From Candidatus Zixiibacteriota bacterium (GTDB taxonomy: Bacteria > UBP14 > UBA6098 > JBKHBT01): DNA of 64,000 bases. The stretch is from the NCBI GenBank assembly GCA_046542255.1, contig JBKHBT010000005.1, positions 13,593 through 77,592 on the forward strand. Reading direction: 5' to 3'. A model generated the notes under the pieces. It saw only the letters and a program-made list of their open reading frames with translations, was not told the origin of the DNA and made no database searches. This document shows, piece by piece, positions 20,600-30,612 of this stretch. The position numbers and the translations under genes are program-made. Every line of letters starts with the position of its first letter. Position 1 is the stretch's first letter.

Positions 20600-21847
20600 C
20601 TAAAATTTATACATCACGCCGATTAGCATATTGGTCCCGGCGCTGGAACCAGCTAAATTGGGCTTGATATTTAAATCTATTAATAAATTATTAAAATGTA
20701 GCATTATACCGATATCGATTCCAAAACCTGCCAGAAATTCCTGAGTGAATTCATAATCGCCAGCATCCAGCTTAAGGCGGCCGATATCGACTCCAGCCCC
20801 GGCATAGAGCAGAATAGGATCGATATAGAAGAAATTGTAATCGGCCTGGACAGCCAGTAGCAAAGTCTTTGCGCTTTTTACCTTGGCGGGGTTTTCAATA
20901 ACTTCGAAGGTATCACGTATTGCCCTATGGACTGTATCGACAACAAATTGTTTATTGATTCCGGTGCTTCCAATAAGAAGCCCACCACGAAAGAGCCATT
21001 TATCGTTAAGATAACCACCAGTTAGTTGGAAACTATTAAGTGATGCAACCTGGAATTTTTCCAGAGATAGCACCGAGTCCATTACATACGCAGAACCATC
21101 GTAATTGAATTCAAATTTATTTCGCGGATTGAATGAAACAAAATGAAAACCGGCCATTCTTTTGCGCGAGACCCTGAAATCCTTGCGAGACTGCTCGATT
21201 TCCATCTGTCTTTCCATCTCGAGGCGTTTTAATTCCACCTGCTTGCTTGCAATCCGCTTTTTAGATTCTTCCTTTTCGAGCATGATATTCAGCTCATTCT
21301 TTGCACCCTCTGCCTGCGATTCGAAAACACCACCGGGATTTTTGCTAAGGTATTGCTCAAGGTATTCTACGCCCTGTCTCGCAAGGTCTTTATCATCATT
21401 TTCCAGGGCTTTGTCTCGATAGAGTAGGCCGAGATTAGCATAATATTGTGGCCTGACTTCGACAAGTTCTTTCCATATTGGCAAAAATTCATAATTATCC
21501 ATCACTTCCAGGGCTTTTTGCCATGTCTGGGCAGCGAGATCTTCATCGCCCAGTTTTTTTGCGACTCTTCCGGCATATAGAATAATCCAGGGGCTTTCGG
21601 GCTTTAGTTCCATCGCTTCGACAAGATAGCCCTGTGCGCTTTCGTATTCACCATTTTCATAGAGAGCTTTGCCGAGATTGTATAAGAACACGGCATCATC
21701 TTTTCTACTCGGATATTCTTTGATTAGGGCATCTGAGGTTTTGCCAAGCGATCTTGGCTCATCAGGAATATTAAAATGCTCCTGAGAAAAACTTGATATT
21801 ACAAGTAATAACAAAAAAACGACTAATAATCCATCTCTGATCTTCAT
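20600..21847 (-). CDS. Exported TPR protein with C-terminal outer-membrane beta-barrel-like domain
   Basis: Signal peptide, TPR motifs (LYNLGKALYENGEYESA...), charged coiled coil, alternating hydrophobic strands ending in terminal ...GVMYKF. Confidence 0.6.
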   Translation of the reverse strand: MKIRDGLLVVFLLLLVISSFSQEHFNIPDEPRSLGKTSDALIKEYPSRKDDAVFLYNLGKALYENGEYESAQGYLVEAMELKPESPWIILYAGRVAKKLGDEDLAAQTWQKALEVMDNYEFLPIWKELVEVRPQYYANLGLLYRDKALENDDKDLARQGVEYLEQYLSKNPGGVFESQAEGAKNELNIMLEKEESKKRIASKQVELKRLEMERQMEIEQSRKDFRVSRKRMAGFHFVSFNPRNKFEFNYDGSAYVMDSVLSLEKFQVASLNSFQLTGGYLNDKWLFRGGLLIGSTGINKQFVVDTVHRAIRDTFEVIENPAKVKSAKTLLLAVQADYNFFYIDPILLYAGAGVDIGRLKLDAGDYEFTQEFLAGFGIDIGIMLHFNNLLIDLNIKPNLAGSSAGTNMLIGVMYKF

Positions 21848-21859
21848 CGAAAACCTCTT

Positions 21860-23335
21860 TTATTCTTTGATTTGTTTTATTTCATAATCTAGAACTTCTA
21901 CATCGAATTTGCCCAGGCTGCCATCGACTTTTGCCAGGCCTTCCCAGAGCGTAATATGTACTGCAGAAAAGAATTCGGCTTCGCCCGTTGAGGGGTCTAT
22001 TGGTAGCCATGTTTTCTTATCTACGAGTACTTCTGCCCAATGATGTGTGGAAAAATGCTTGCTGGTATAGATAATCCCACCAACGAGTCTTGCTGGAATG
22101 CCGAGCGAGCGAAGCATGGTTACTGCGATTTGGGCCTGTGTAAGGGCATTGCCTTCCTTTTTGATGAATCCGCGTCGAGTGCCATTTTCTTCTATGACAT
22201 ATTCAATCGAATCTGCAACATAATCCACAATCGATTTGGCTGCTTCCCAGCTATTACCATTTTCACCAGCTATTCTTATTGCGGTTTTTGAGATTGCTGT
22301 ATCGCCTGTTGGATATGATGATGTTGCCATGAAATATTGCGATAGGTCATCCAAAAAGTCAGTATATGGATAGTCCATAGCCTTTTTGCTTTTGAATCTT
22401 TTGGCTTCGATTTTGAATTCACCGGATATAGTATTATTCTCTATATCGCCTTTGAATTTTTGATTCCATGTATCGACATAGATTTTGGGTTCATTTTGAT
22501 TTTTTTTGTCGAAAGAAATCGGGACAGAGACATTGGCCTCCATCTCTTCGACCAGATAGGGATGTTCAAATGTGACATTTGATTTGGCAAATTTAGTCAT
22601 TTCTCCATATACTTCGGAATATTCTGCTTTTTTTAGCTGGAGAGTATCCAGCTCATCTGTTGCATGAAGGCTTATCTCTTCGGAAGGAATTTCAAAATTT
22701 AGTACTTTTCTTGTATTTTTATCGATTATTGCATTTGCAGAATTGCCCATAAATTTAAACTGAAGCCTCTGAGCATCGTGGCCTTTATAATCGAGTTCAG
22801 AGCCGGAAATAACATTGAGAAAGCCTTTTTGAAACACCTGTGGCATATAAATCGCAAATTCTGTACTACTTTTTTTGAGATTTAATATCTTTGCGATTAT
22901 AAAGAAATGGTCAAATACCGAACTGTCAATGATATAAGTGTCTGGATTCAAGAAGAAAGAAGTCGTCTTTGGCTCGCCCTCCTGAATAATTCTGACACCA
23001 ACAGAATCGGCAGCAAAGGAACAGAACATCTCACGAGATTTGTCATTGAGTGAGAGTTCGAGGTGGTAGTCGATTGGCTTGTGATGGATATCCAGAATGG
23101 TTTTTGTGATCATCGAGCTTTTGGCATTTTGGCCTTTATAGTTTAGCTTCATAAAGATGCGGCTATTTAGGACATATTGCGAGTCCTTTCTTTCGATACT
23201 ATGTTTCATGAATCCGGCTGGATTATTTGCCACATCTATACGATAAAAAGCATCTTCAGCAGAAAATACCGAAAAGACGGCAATGAAAATTGCGGCCAAT
23301 ATAAAAGTTTTTATATCTAATATCCTTATTCTCAC
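21860..23335 (-). CDS. Exported transglutaminase-like domain protein, catalytic Cys absent
   Basis: EGNALTQAQIAVTMLRSLGIPARLVGG, HHWAEV and WLPIDPS match the TGase core, but the GxC Cys position is Ala. Confidence 0.8.
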   Translation of the reverse strand: MRIRILDIKTFILAAIFIAVFSVFSAEDAFYRIDVANNPAGFMKHSIERKDSQYVLNSRIFMKLNYKGQNAKSSMITKTILDIHHKPIDYHLELSLNDKSREMFCSFAADSVGVRIIQEGEPKTTSFFLNPDTYIIDSSVFDHFFIIAKILNLKKSSTEFAIYMPQVFQKGFLNVISGSELDYKGHDAQRLQFKFMGNSANAIIDKNTRKVLNFEIPSEEISLHATDELDTLQLKKAEYSEVYGEMTKFAKSNVTFEHPYLVEEMEANVSVPISFDKKNQNEPKIYVDTWNQKFKGDIENNTISGEFKIEAKRFKSKKAMDYPYTDFLDDLSQYFMATSSYPTGDTAISKTAIRIAGENGNSWEAAKSIVDYVADSIEYVIEENGTRRGFIKKEGNALTQAQIAVTMLRSLGIPARLVGGIIYTSKHFSTHHWAEVLVDKKTWLPIDPSTGEAEFFSAVHITLWEGLAKVDGSLGKFDVEVLDYEIKQIKE

Positions 23336-23503
23336 TTTATTCCTCCCAATTTATTCAATGATCTTGAGCATACTAATTTACTAAAATAAGTATTATTAAT
23401 GTATTTTGTCAAGCATGATGCAAATATACTATCAATCAAAATAGATTTTTGGTTCGAAAATTCTTCCTTATCTCAGCTACTGATGTCACCGATGCTTATT
23501 TAT

Positions 23504-23532
23504 TTGCACTTAGTAATTGATATTGCTATATT
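23504..23532 (+). promoter_or_regulatory. Sigma70-like promoter
   Basis: TTGCAC-17 nt-TATATT with an extended -10 TG, ~40 nt before the GGAGG RBS and GTG start at 23575. Confidence 0.5.
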
Positions 23533-23574
23533 TAATGTTATATGATGAAGTTGGATAAATACTGCGGAGGCATA

Positions 23575-26500
23575 GTGAAGCGTTTTTTTTTATTTTTGAT
23601 ATTCATCGGCCTTTGTTTTGGTTGGACTGGCGGGCCGGATGATTTTGGGCATATTTTTGCCGATGTCGATGAGCCAGAGGTCAGCTACTTATGGTTTCCG
23701 ACAGATAGTGCAGAAGTTATATCTGGTTGGATCGGCCTTCCATCAGAAGGTACTGCTACAAGGGTATTTACCCCATTTCCAATTACTTTCTATGGTAATA
23801 GCTATGATTCTTTTATGGTCAGTACAAATGGTTTTATTACATTTAGTTCGGGGTATCCAGAATCATCGACAAATGTCGAATTGCCAACTGTTTACACGCC
23901 TAATAATCTTGTTGCGGCCTACTGGGACAAGCTTGCATTCGGCGATGATACAAGAGTTTTCTACGAAACCGTTGGAACAGCACCAAATCGTAAATTCATT
24001 ATAACATGGAAGAATATATATATTTTTCGAGAATTCTATGTTCATGGCGATTATTTGACTCCAAATACATTTCAGATAATTTTCTTCGAAAAGCCGGGTG
24101 AGACGAATATAAAAATTCAATATCAGGAGATGGGAAGTCTCGAAAACCCTCATGGCACAAGCGCAACAGTTGGCATAGAAAATGTCGATGGTACCGATGG
24201 ACTCACTTATTGCCATGAAGATTCGATAATATTTTCTGAACATGCTGTCTATTTCACGACCGGTTTCTACGATAATGATATCGAAGTATTATCAATTTAT
24301 TTTCCTGATACTCTTTTGACTTCTGATGCTATTATTCCATTTGTGGAGCTGGGAAATACGGGTTTTGAAACAGCAAGGGATATATGGACTGATTTGATTA
24401 TTTTTGATTCAGAAAGAGATACTGTCTATACCGATTCATTCTATTTGGATTCTTTGCCTACTGGAAGAGCCGATACATTAGAATTTGGCGGCTGGGAACC
24501 AACACTCGAGATGCATCCCGGTGAATGCATTATTAGTGCCAGGGCAAATATGCCTGCCGATGAAAATCCATGGAATGACTCTTTATCAAATAGCTTTTTT
24601 CTTTTGGCATATGATTTAGAAGTCAAAGAGATTCTTGTGAATTCTGTTGTTTTCCCGGGTTCTTTTGTCGATATTGCCGCTATTGTTCGTAATAATGGTG
24701 GTGAAGATGCCAGTTTCGAATTTTTCGGTGAAATATTAAAAGACAGCATAATTATCTTCAGGGATTCGCTTTCTTTCGAGCTATCTTCAGAAGAGATAGG
24801 TACTCTTTCTTTAGGAAGCTGGATACCCGATACCGGCTCATATCAACTTGAATTCAATGTGAATACGTCAAATGACCAGGTAAGAGAAAACGATACCCTC
24901 AGAAAGACAATTGCCTCCTATGAACATTTCGGCCACGGCGGCCCGGATGCTTATGGCTATGAATGGTTCGATAGCTGGTATGACCCGGCTTTTGCATATA
25001 CACCAATCGATATTTCCGATGCTACTATCATTGGTACATTTGAAGGTTATGAAATAACAACGTCTATCGCGCTTCCTTTTGAATTCCCATTTTATGGCGA
25101 TGAATACACAACGGTTTATCTTAGCAGCAATGGCTTTTTGTCCTTTTCGCCACTCATATATGGCGCACATACAAGAAATCAAGAAATTCCCAATCCCGGT
25201 ATGCCCGATGGTATTATTGCTGCTCTCTGGGATGGCCTTTATATCTATGACCCTTATGGAACTTTTGGCGTATATACGAAATCCGAAGAGGATAGATTCC
25301 ATATCATTTTTAGTAATGTAACATTTTTCAGTACTCCCGAGTATTATATTACCTTCGAGATTGTACTCTATCAATCTGGCGATATTGTCTTAAATTACGA
25401 AGATATCGAAACTCCAGATACTTACCATACAATGGGAAGAAGTGCTACTGTCGGTATAGAAAATGAGGATGGCGATACAGGCCTGCAATATCTTTACAAT
25501 GGCTCTCCTCCGGGCAATTCTATTATGAATCATACTTCGATAACATTTACAAGAACCGGTGCGCCACCGGATACATTGCCACCTGTTATATTACCATTTG
25601 TTACTGCTGATGAAATCTATCTTTTTGATGATTCCAGCTCGATTAATCTATCAGCACGAATATATGATATTAGGTCGGAAGTAGCCAGCGAATCCCTATA
25701 TTATAGCTTCGATGGCGAAGATTTCAGCAAAGGTGCAGATAGCTTCGAAGAGCCTGATATCTATAATTTCTTAATCGATGGCCTCGACACCAATGGAACC
25801 CTTTCTGGAGAATATTATGCAAGAGATACCGAAGGTAATATTGCCAGGCAAACTTTTGAAATCGAGATAATTCATCCAATCGAAGATACCGAGCCGCCAA
25901 ATATCTATGCCAGTATCGATGATACATTATGGCTTATCCCCGGCTCCGATGGCTTTACTTATGTCAATGCCGAAATAACAGATACTATGGGACTAATCGA
26001 ATATGATTCTCTCTATGCCATAACAGCTGATTCGACTTCAGTATTCACGAATGATTCTATTGTAGATGGAAGGTTTTATCACTATAGCATAGGGCCTTTC
26101 GAAGCTGGTGAAATGGTAGGGCTTCAATTTGTTGCTATCGATACTGCTGGCAATATTACCGAGTTTCCTCATGCTGGCCATCTGGATTTTGTGGCGTGGG
26201 AGCAGCATCTTTTCGGGCCACTCAGCAGCGATTTTGCTCAATACTGGATGCTCGATGATCTCTATCAACCGGATGACGATTCAATTATGTCCGTTGTTCC
26301 GGAATATGTATGGATAGAAATCGACCCTGACTCTGGTGGAAGAGGAGTAGTCATCGAAGAAGCTCATACAGACTGGCTATCCGAGCCAATAGAATTCGCG
26401 AGCCTGAATTTCCCTTATTTTGATGAGTCTGAGCCGAGGAAAAGAAATATCCGCATATCATCCAATGGCTTTATTACTTTTGATACATTATATGATGGAA

Positions 26501-27204
26501 CGATGCCAGCGCCGGAGCCTTTACCGTCGGGAGCTTATCCGGCCTATACGATGGCGCTATATCATGCAGATTTCGAAATGGATGAGCAAAGCAGAATCAT
26601 TTTCCAGGAGGATGTTATCGAGCAGAGGATCATTGTTCAATGGCAAAATCTGGCATTTGACACTGGAGACACAATAATTCATAGCACATTCCAGGCAGTT
26701 TTGAAATGCAGTGAACCAGTTATCGGGGGATTTTACAATAATATCATTTATAATTACAAGAGAATTCATCCGCAGATTATTGAAAATATATCGATAGGTT
26801 TCCAGGATAGCTCTGGCTCGAAGGGAATAGCTTATCCAACTTCGCAAAATCCATTAGCGGCCAGAATGCCAGTGTCGGAAAGCTCGATTAGGATATTTAA
26901 TTCATCGTATGAGGAAATTCACGAAGCAAAACCGGTTTTGCCGAATCATTTCTATATTGCCGGCGCATACCCGAATCCATTTAATAGCACTACTAATATC
27001 GAAGTTTATTTGCCAGATGCAAATGTGATACATCTCGATATCATATCTACCGATGGAAAGTCTATTGAAAATATGGAATTAGAAGGCAGAAAAGGCAAAA
27101 ATACCATAAGTTGGCAGGCCAGTGGTATAGAGAGTGGTATCTATTTCGCCATGATCACTACCAATAAAAAAACAGAGAGTATTAAATTGCTATTTGTTAA
27201 ATAG
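23575..27204 (+). CDS. Large secreted protein with three nidogen(NIDO)-like modules, CARDB-like domains and T9SS type A-like C-terminal domain
   Basis: GTG start with GGAGG RBS, signal peptide; repeats GGPDxxG...PF.FYG..Y...VSTNGF.TF...GIEN.DG..GL; C-terminal YPNPFN...SGIYFA...KLLFVK. Confidence 0.75.
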   Translation: MKRFFLFLIFIGLCFGWTGGPDDFGHIFADVDEPEVSYLWFPTDSAEVISGWIGLPSEGTATRVFTPFPITFYGNSYDSFMVSTNGFITFSSGYPESSTNVELPTVYTPNNLVAAYWDKLAFGDDTRVFYETVGTAPNRKFIITWKNIYIFREFYVHGDYLTPNTFQIIFFEKPGETNIKIQYQEMGSLENPHGTSATVGIENVDGTDGLTYCHEDSIIFSEHAVYFTTGFYDNDIEVLSIYFPDTLLTSDAIIPFVELGNTGFETARDIWTDLIIFDSERDTVYTDSFYLDSLPTGRADTLEFGGWEPTLEMHPGECIISARANMPADENPWNDSLSNSFFLLAYDLEVKEILVNSVVFPGSFVDIAAIVRNNGGEDASFEFFGEILKDSIIIFRDSLSFELSSEEIGTLSLGSWIPDTGSYQLEFNVNTSNDQVRENDTLRKTIASYEHFGHGGPDAYGYEWFDSWYDPAFAYTPIDISDATIIGTFEGYEITTSIALPFEFPFYGDEYTTVYLSSNGFLSFSPLIYGAHTRNQEIPNPGMPDGIIAALWDGLYIYDPYGTFGVYTKSEEDRFHIIFSNVTFFSTPEYYITFEIVLYQSGDIVLNYEDIETPDTYHTMGRSATVGIENEDGDTGLQYLYNGSPPGNSIMNHTSITFTRTGAPPDTLPPVILPFVTADEIYLFDDSSSINLSARIYDIRSEVASESLYYSFDGEDFSKGADSFEEPDIYNFLIDGLDTNGTLSGEYYARDTEGNIARQTFEIEIIHPIEDTEPPNIYASIDDTLWLIPGSDGFTYVNAEITDTMGLIEYDSLYAITADSTSVFTNDSIVDGRFYHYSIGPFEAGEMVGLQFVAIDTAGNITEFPHAGHLDFVAWEQHLFGPLSSDFAQYWMLDDLYQPDDDSIMSVVPEYVWIEIDPDSGGRGVVIEEAHTDWLSEPIEFASLNFPYFDESEPRKRNIRISSNGFITFDTLYDGTMPAPEPLPSGAYPAYTMALYHADFEMDEQSRIIFQEDVIEQRIIVQWQNLAFDTGDTIIHSTFQAVLKCSEPVIGGFYNNIIYNYKRIHPQIIENISIGFQDSSGSKGIAYPTSQNPLAARMPVSESSIRIFNSSYEEIHEAKPVLPNHFYIAGAYPNPFNSTTNIEVYLPDANVIHLDIISTDGKSIENMELEGRKGKNTISWQASGIESGIYFAMITTNKKTESIKLLFVK

Positions 27205-27304
27205 CTAATAGTGAAATTTTCCCAAGCTGTGATTCGATTCTTTCTCTTCTATACTCAGGTTCAGTGTTAAATTTTGTGTAAAGTGAAAAATCTGGCAATA
27301 TTAT

Positions 27305-27335
27305 CTTCGTTGAGAAGCTCTGCTTCTCAACGAAG
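27305..27335. repeat. Perfect 14-bp-stem palindrome between convergent genes (REP-like or bidirectional terminator)
   Basis: CTTCGTTGAGAAGC-TCT-GCTTCTCAACGAAG. Confidence 0.7.
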
Positions 27336-27368
27336 GGAAACTTAATCTTTGAGCCAGCCTCGTTTCTA

Positions 27369-28394
27369 TTATCTATCTTTTTCTTTTGATTTTTGCTGCA
27401 TCATATCCAGTTGCCGCTCTATGATACGACCAAAATACTCGACACCATCTTTGTTTAGATGTGAGCGGTCCTTGAAGTACTTATTTGGATAATAGAAACC
27501 GCCGAATATAACTTTGTTCGGGAAAAGGCCATATATAGTATCGCGATATTTGACATAATATTCATGCTCCGGTTTCATTGATTTTCGCGGCACTGGTAAT
27601 ATGATAAAGATATATGCGATATCATTTGCATCGCAGATGGCCTTGATTTTTCCGAGATATTCCACATTTATTGTCGAAGATGGAATGCCTGTTTTTTCAA
27701 ATTCATATTCGATTGTTTCGATTTCGCAAGAGTCGATATTTGCCATAGATTCATCTTCGGAAAAATCGGTATATCCATGGGTAAATTGCCTTCTCATCTT
27801 TCGGCCATGCATGATATTATCCGAAATATTTATCAAGCCAAATTTGATAAATTCATAAAAATCCTGCACTCTGGTAGCGATATGGAGGTCATTAGTTATA
27901 TGATAGGCCTTGACAAACCAATCGAAACCGGCAAGCTCATATGCATCCACCTGATAATTGGGATCGGTATTATCGGTAAAGACATTGTCAACATATGCCC
28001 GATCTACGAAATTATAGTAAACTGTTCTTGTAAAAAAGCAATCCTGATGATCCAGATGAATGGGTGCATAAGAAATATATAGCGTATCGATTTGGCTTTT
28101 CTCCAGTATTAATTTCAACTGATAGTAGCCTTCGACAGGTGTCGTTCCGCCGGTTGAGAGATTGATGGCATTTAGAGTCTTTGCATTTATCCCGTGCTGC
28201 GCCCTGGAATCACCGATTACTATATTATAGCTTTTACCAGCTTCTATGTTATTTTCGATATAGTCGAAAATTGCTTTCCATGCACCATACTCCAGTGATT
28301 GATAGAGCGACTTTGGCATCGCAATATAGATAGCTATAGTCACGACTATAAACATTAAAGAGAATTTGCCTATGTCCTTAAAAAATCTTTTCAT
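27369..28394 (-). CDS. Membrane-anchored SGNH-like / DltD-AlgJ-type partner of MBOAT acyltransferase
   Basis: N-terminal TM, IGDSRAQHGI (GDS block), NLSTGGTTP, FKDRSHLNKDG (DxxH block); directly downstream of the MBOAT gene. Start 28394 removes the overlap. Confidence 0.65.
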   Translation of the reverse strand: MKRFFKDIGKFSLMFIVVTIAIYIAMPKSLYQSLEYGAWKAIFDYIENNIEAGKSYNIVIGDSRAQHGINAKTLNAINLSTGGTTPVEGYYQLKLILEKSQIDTLYISYAPIHLDHQDCFFTRTVYYNFVDRAYVDNVFTDNTDPNYQVDAYELAGFDWFVKAYHITNDLHIATRVQDFYEFIKFGLINISDNIMHGRKMRRQFTHGYTDFSEDESMANIDSCEIETIEYEFEKTGIPSSTINVEYLGKIKAICDANDIAYIFIILPVPRKSMKPEHEYYVKYRDTIYGLFPNKVIFGGFYYPNKYFKDRSHLNKDGVEYFGRIIERQLDMMQQKSKEKDR

Positions 28395-28395
28395 A

Positions 28396-29835
28396 TTAGA
28401 ATTGGAAATAGATAAATTGTTGTTTGTCGCCGCCATTTATTATTATTAGCAGTATTAAAAAGTAATAGAAACCCCATCGAACATATCTCGGCGCACCAAT
28501 CAGCACCTCCGAAAGCGGGAATTTGCTTCTTCGCCCGAACCATTCAATAACTATCAGAAAGACGATTCCGAGTAAAAGAGAATAAGGCATATTAGGCGGA
28601 AAAGTAAATAGCTCAGCCGTAAAAATACTGCTAATATAGGTAATGGCATGAGAAACACTCTCTGCCCGGAAGAAAATCCATGCCAAACAGGTCAAAGCAA
28701 AAGTTACGATAACGCCAAGGATTTCACCGATAGATGGGAATTTCTTTTTATATCCGATAATCTCGATATTTCTTCTATTTTTGCCGAAAATCATAAGTGG
28801 CAAAAAGTAAAGAGCATTTAGCGCACCCCATGCAATAAATGTCCAGTTTGCGCCATGCCAGAAGCCGCTGACAAGAAATATTATAAATGTATTTCGGATT
28901 TTCATCCATAAGCCTCCGCGGCTTCCACCAAGTGGTATATAGAGATAATCTCTGAACCATGTCGATAGCGAAATATGCCATCTCCGCCAGAATTCAGCAA
29001 TATCTCTTGAAAAGTAGGGATAGGCAAAGTTCGTCATCAAATTGAATCCAAATAAACGAGCTGTACCTATTGCGATATCAGAATATCCAGAAAAGTCGCC
29101 ATAAATTTGGAATGCAAAAAGCACGGCCCCAAGAACAAGTGTGCTTCCGGAGAACTGACTTGAATTGCTAAATATCGTATCTACGAACTTAGCGCATGTA
29201 TCAGCTATTACAATTTTTTTGAATAATCCCCAGAGTATCTGGCGCATACCATCGGTTGCCTTTGCATAATCAAATGATCTTTTTTTGAAAAACTGTGGCA
29301 GAAGATGAGTCGCTCTTTCGATTGGCCCGGCCACAAGCTGCGGGAAAAAGCTTACATATGCAGCGAAAGAGATGAAATCCTTTGTCGGCTTCATCTTTTT
29401 CTTATAGACATCGAGTGTATAGGAAAGAGTTTGGAAGGTATAGAAACTTATTCCAACTGGAAGGATCACATTCAGGCTTCTGCCCTGAAGCTCCACGCCA
29501 AAGAATGAAAATGCCGTAATGAAATTATCCAGGAAGAAATTATAATATTTGAAAAATCCCAGCAAGCCAAGGTTTACAGCAATACTGATAGCAAGAAGCA
29601 AACGCCTTGGGACTAACGAGTGCTTTTTACCGAGCTGGATTCCTACCAGAAAATCGACCATAGTGCTTACAAAGATTAGCGAAAGAAAACGCCAATCCCA
29701 ATAGCCATAAAAGAAATAGCTGGCAATAACTATCAGCATATTTTGCATCTTGATATTTTCTTTGCCAAAAACAAACCAGTAAAGTATGAAAACAATCGGC
29801 AAGAATATGGCAAAATCGATCGAATTAAAAAGCAT
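28396..29835 (-). CDS. MBOAT family O-acyltransferase (AlgI/DltB-like)
   Basis: MLFNS, LPVGISFYTFQTLSY, FFPQLVAGPIER, DFSGYSDIAIG, FWRRWHISLSTWFRDYLYIPLGGSR, SGFWHGANWTF, FIYFQF. Confidence 0.95.
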   Translation of the reverse strand: MLFNSIDFAIFLPIVFILYWFVFGKENIKMQNMLIVIASYFFYGYWDWRFLSLIFVSTMVDFLVGIQLGKKHSLVPRRLLLAISIAVNLGLLGFFKYYNFFLDNFITAFSFFGVELQGRSLNVILPVGISFYTFQTLSYTLDVYKKKMKPTKDFISFAAYVSFFPQLVAGPIERATHLLPQFFKKRSFDYAKATDGMRQILWGLFKKIVIADTCAKFVDTIFSNSSQFSGSTLVLGAVLFAFQIYGDFSGYSDIAIGTARLFGFNLMTNFAYPYFSRDIAEFWRRWHISLSTWFRDYLYIPLGGSRGGLWMKIRNTFIIFLVSGFWHGANWTFIAWGALNALYFLPLMIFGKNRRNIEIIGYKKKFPSIGEILGVIVTFALTCLAWIFFRAESVSHAITYISSIFTAELFTFPPNMPYSLLLGIVFLIVIEWFGRRSKFPLSEVLIGAPRYVRWGFYYFLILLIIINGGDKQQFIYFQF

Positions 29836-30061
29836 CTATAACCTCTTATGCAGGTTCAAATATCAAAGGCTTAAGATATCTATTTTGAAGGCATTTTTGC
29901 AAGAGGAATATTTCTTGTTTCACCTATGATAAGTAATAGAAATTACTTATATGAAAAAGAAAAATTGGATATGCCTATGAAATTGCTAAATTTATCACTT
30001 TAATCTATCGATATAAAAGAATGTGTTGTCGAAAGGGAAACTCTTTATTATCTTTAGAGCT

Positions 30062-30595
30062 ATGAATTTTTTAGGAACTACAATTTTAGGAATTCGTCTG
30101 GATGATGATATTGCAATTGGCGGCGATGGGCAAATTACCCTCGGTGATATGGCAATGAAGCACACTACTCAAAAAGTGCAAAAGCTCTATCATGGCAAAG
30201 TGCTGGCCGGATTTGCAGGAAGCGCAGCCGATTCGATGACTCTTCTTACACGCTTTGAGAAAAAGCTCGAAGAATATTCCGGCAATCTTTCTAGATCTGC
30301 TGTAGAGTTGGCCAAAGATTGGCGAATGGATAAATACCTTCGAAATCTCGAAGCCCTGCTTTTGGTGATGGATAAAACAAGGACGCTCATTATCTCTGGA
30401 AATGGCGAGATAATTGAGCCGGATGACCAGGTCGCATCGATTGGTTCGGGTAGTGGCTATGCACTCGCTGCAGCCAAAGCCTACATCGATGCCGAGAAGA
30501 AACCGAAAGCCGATGAAATGGTCAGCAAATCATTGAAAATCGCAGCAAATATCTGCATCTATACAAATAGCAATATCACCGTTCTTACATTATAA
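30062..30595 (+). CDS. hslV: ATP-dependent protease subunit HslV
   Basis: GTTILG (N-terminal Thr nucleophile), GDGQIT, GFAGSAAD, WRMDKYLRNLEA, IGSGSGYA, CIYTN. Confidence 0.96.
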   Translation: MNFLGTTILGIRLDDDIAIGGDGQITLGDMAMKHTTQKVQKLYHGKVLAGFAGSAADSMTLLTRFEKKLEEYSGNLSRSAVELAKDWRMDKYLRNLEALLLVMDKTRTLIISGNGEIIEPDDQVASIGSGSGYALAAAKAYIDAEKKPKADEMVSKSLKIAANICIYTNSNITVLTL

Positions 30596-30612
30596 ATACC
30601 AAGAGGTGAATC

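Noticed and set aside
28396-28436. 41-bp overlap between MBOAT and the downstream ORF
   Set aside because: It disappears if the downstream gene starts at the ATG at 28394.
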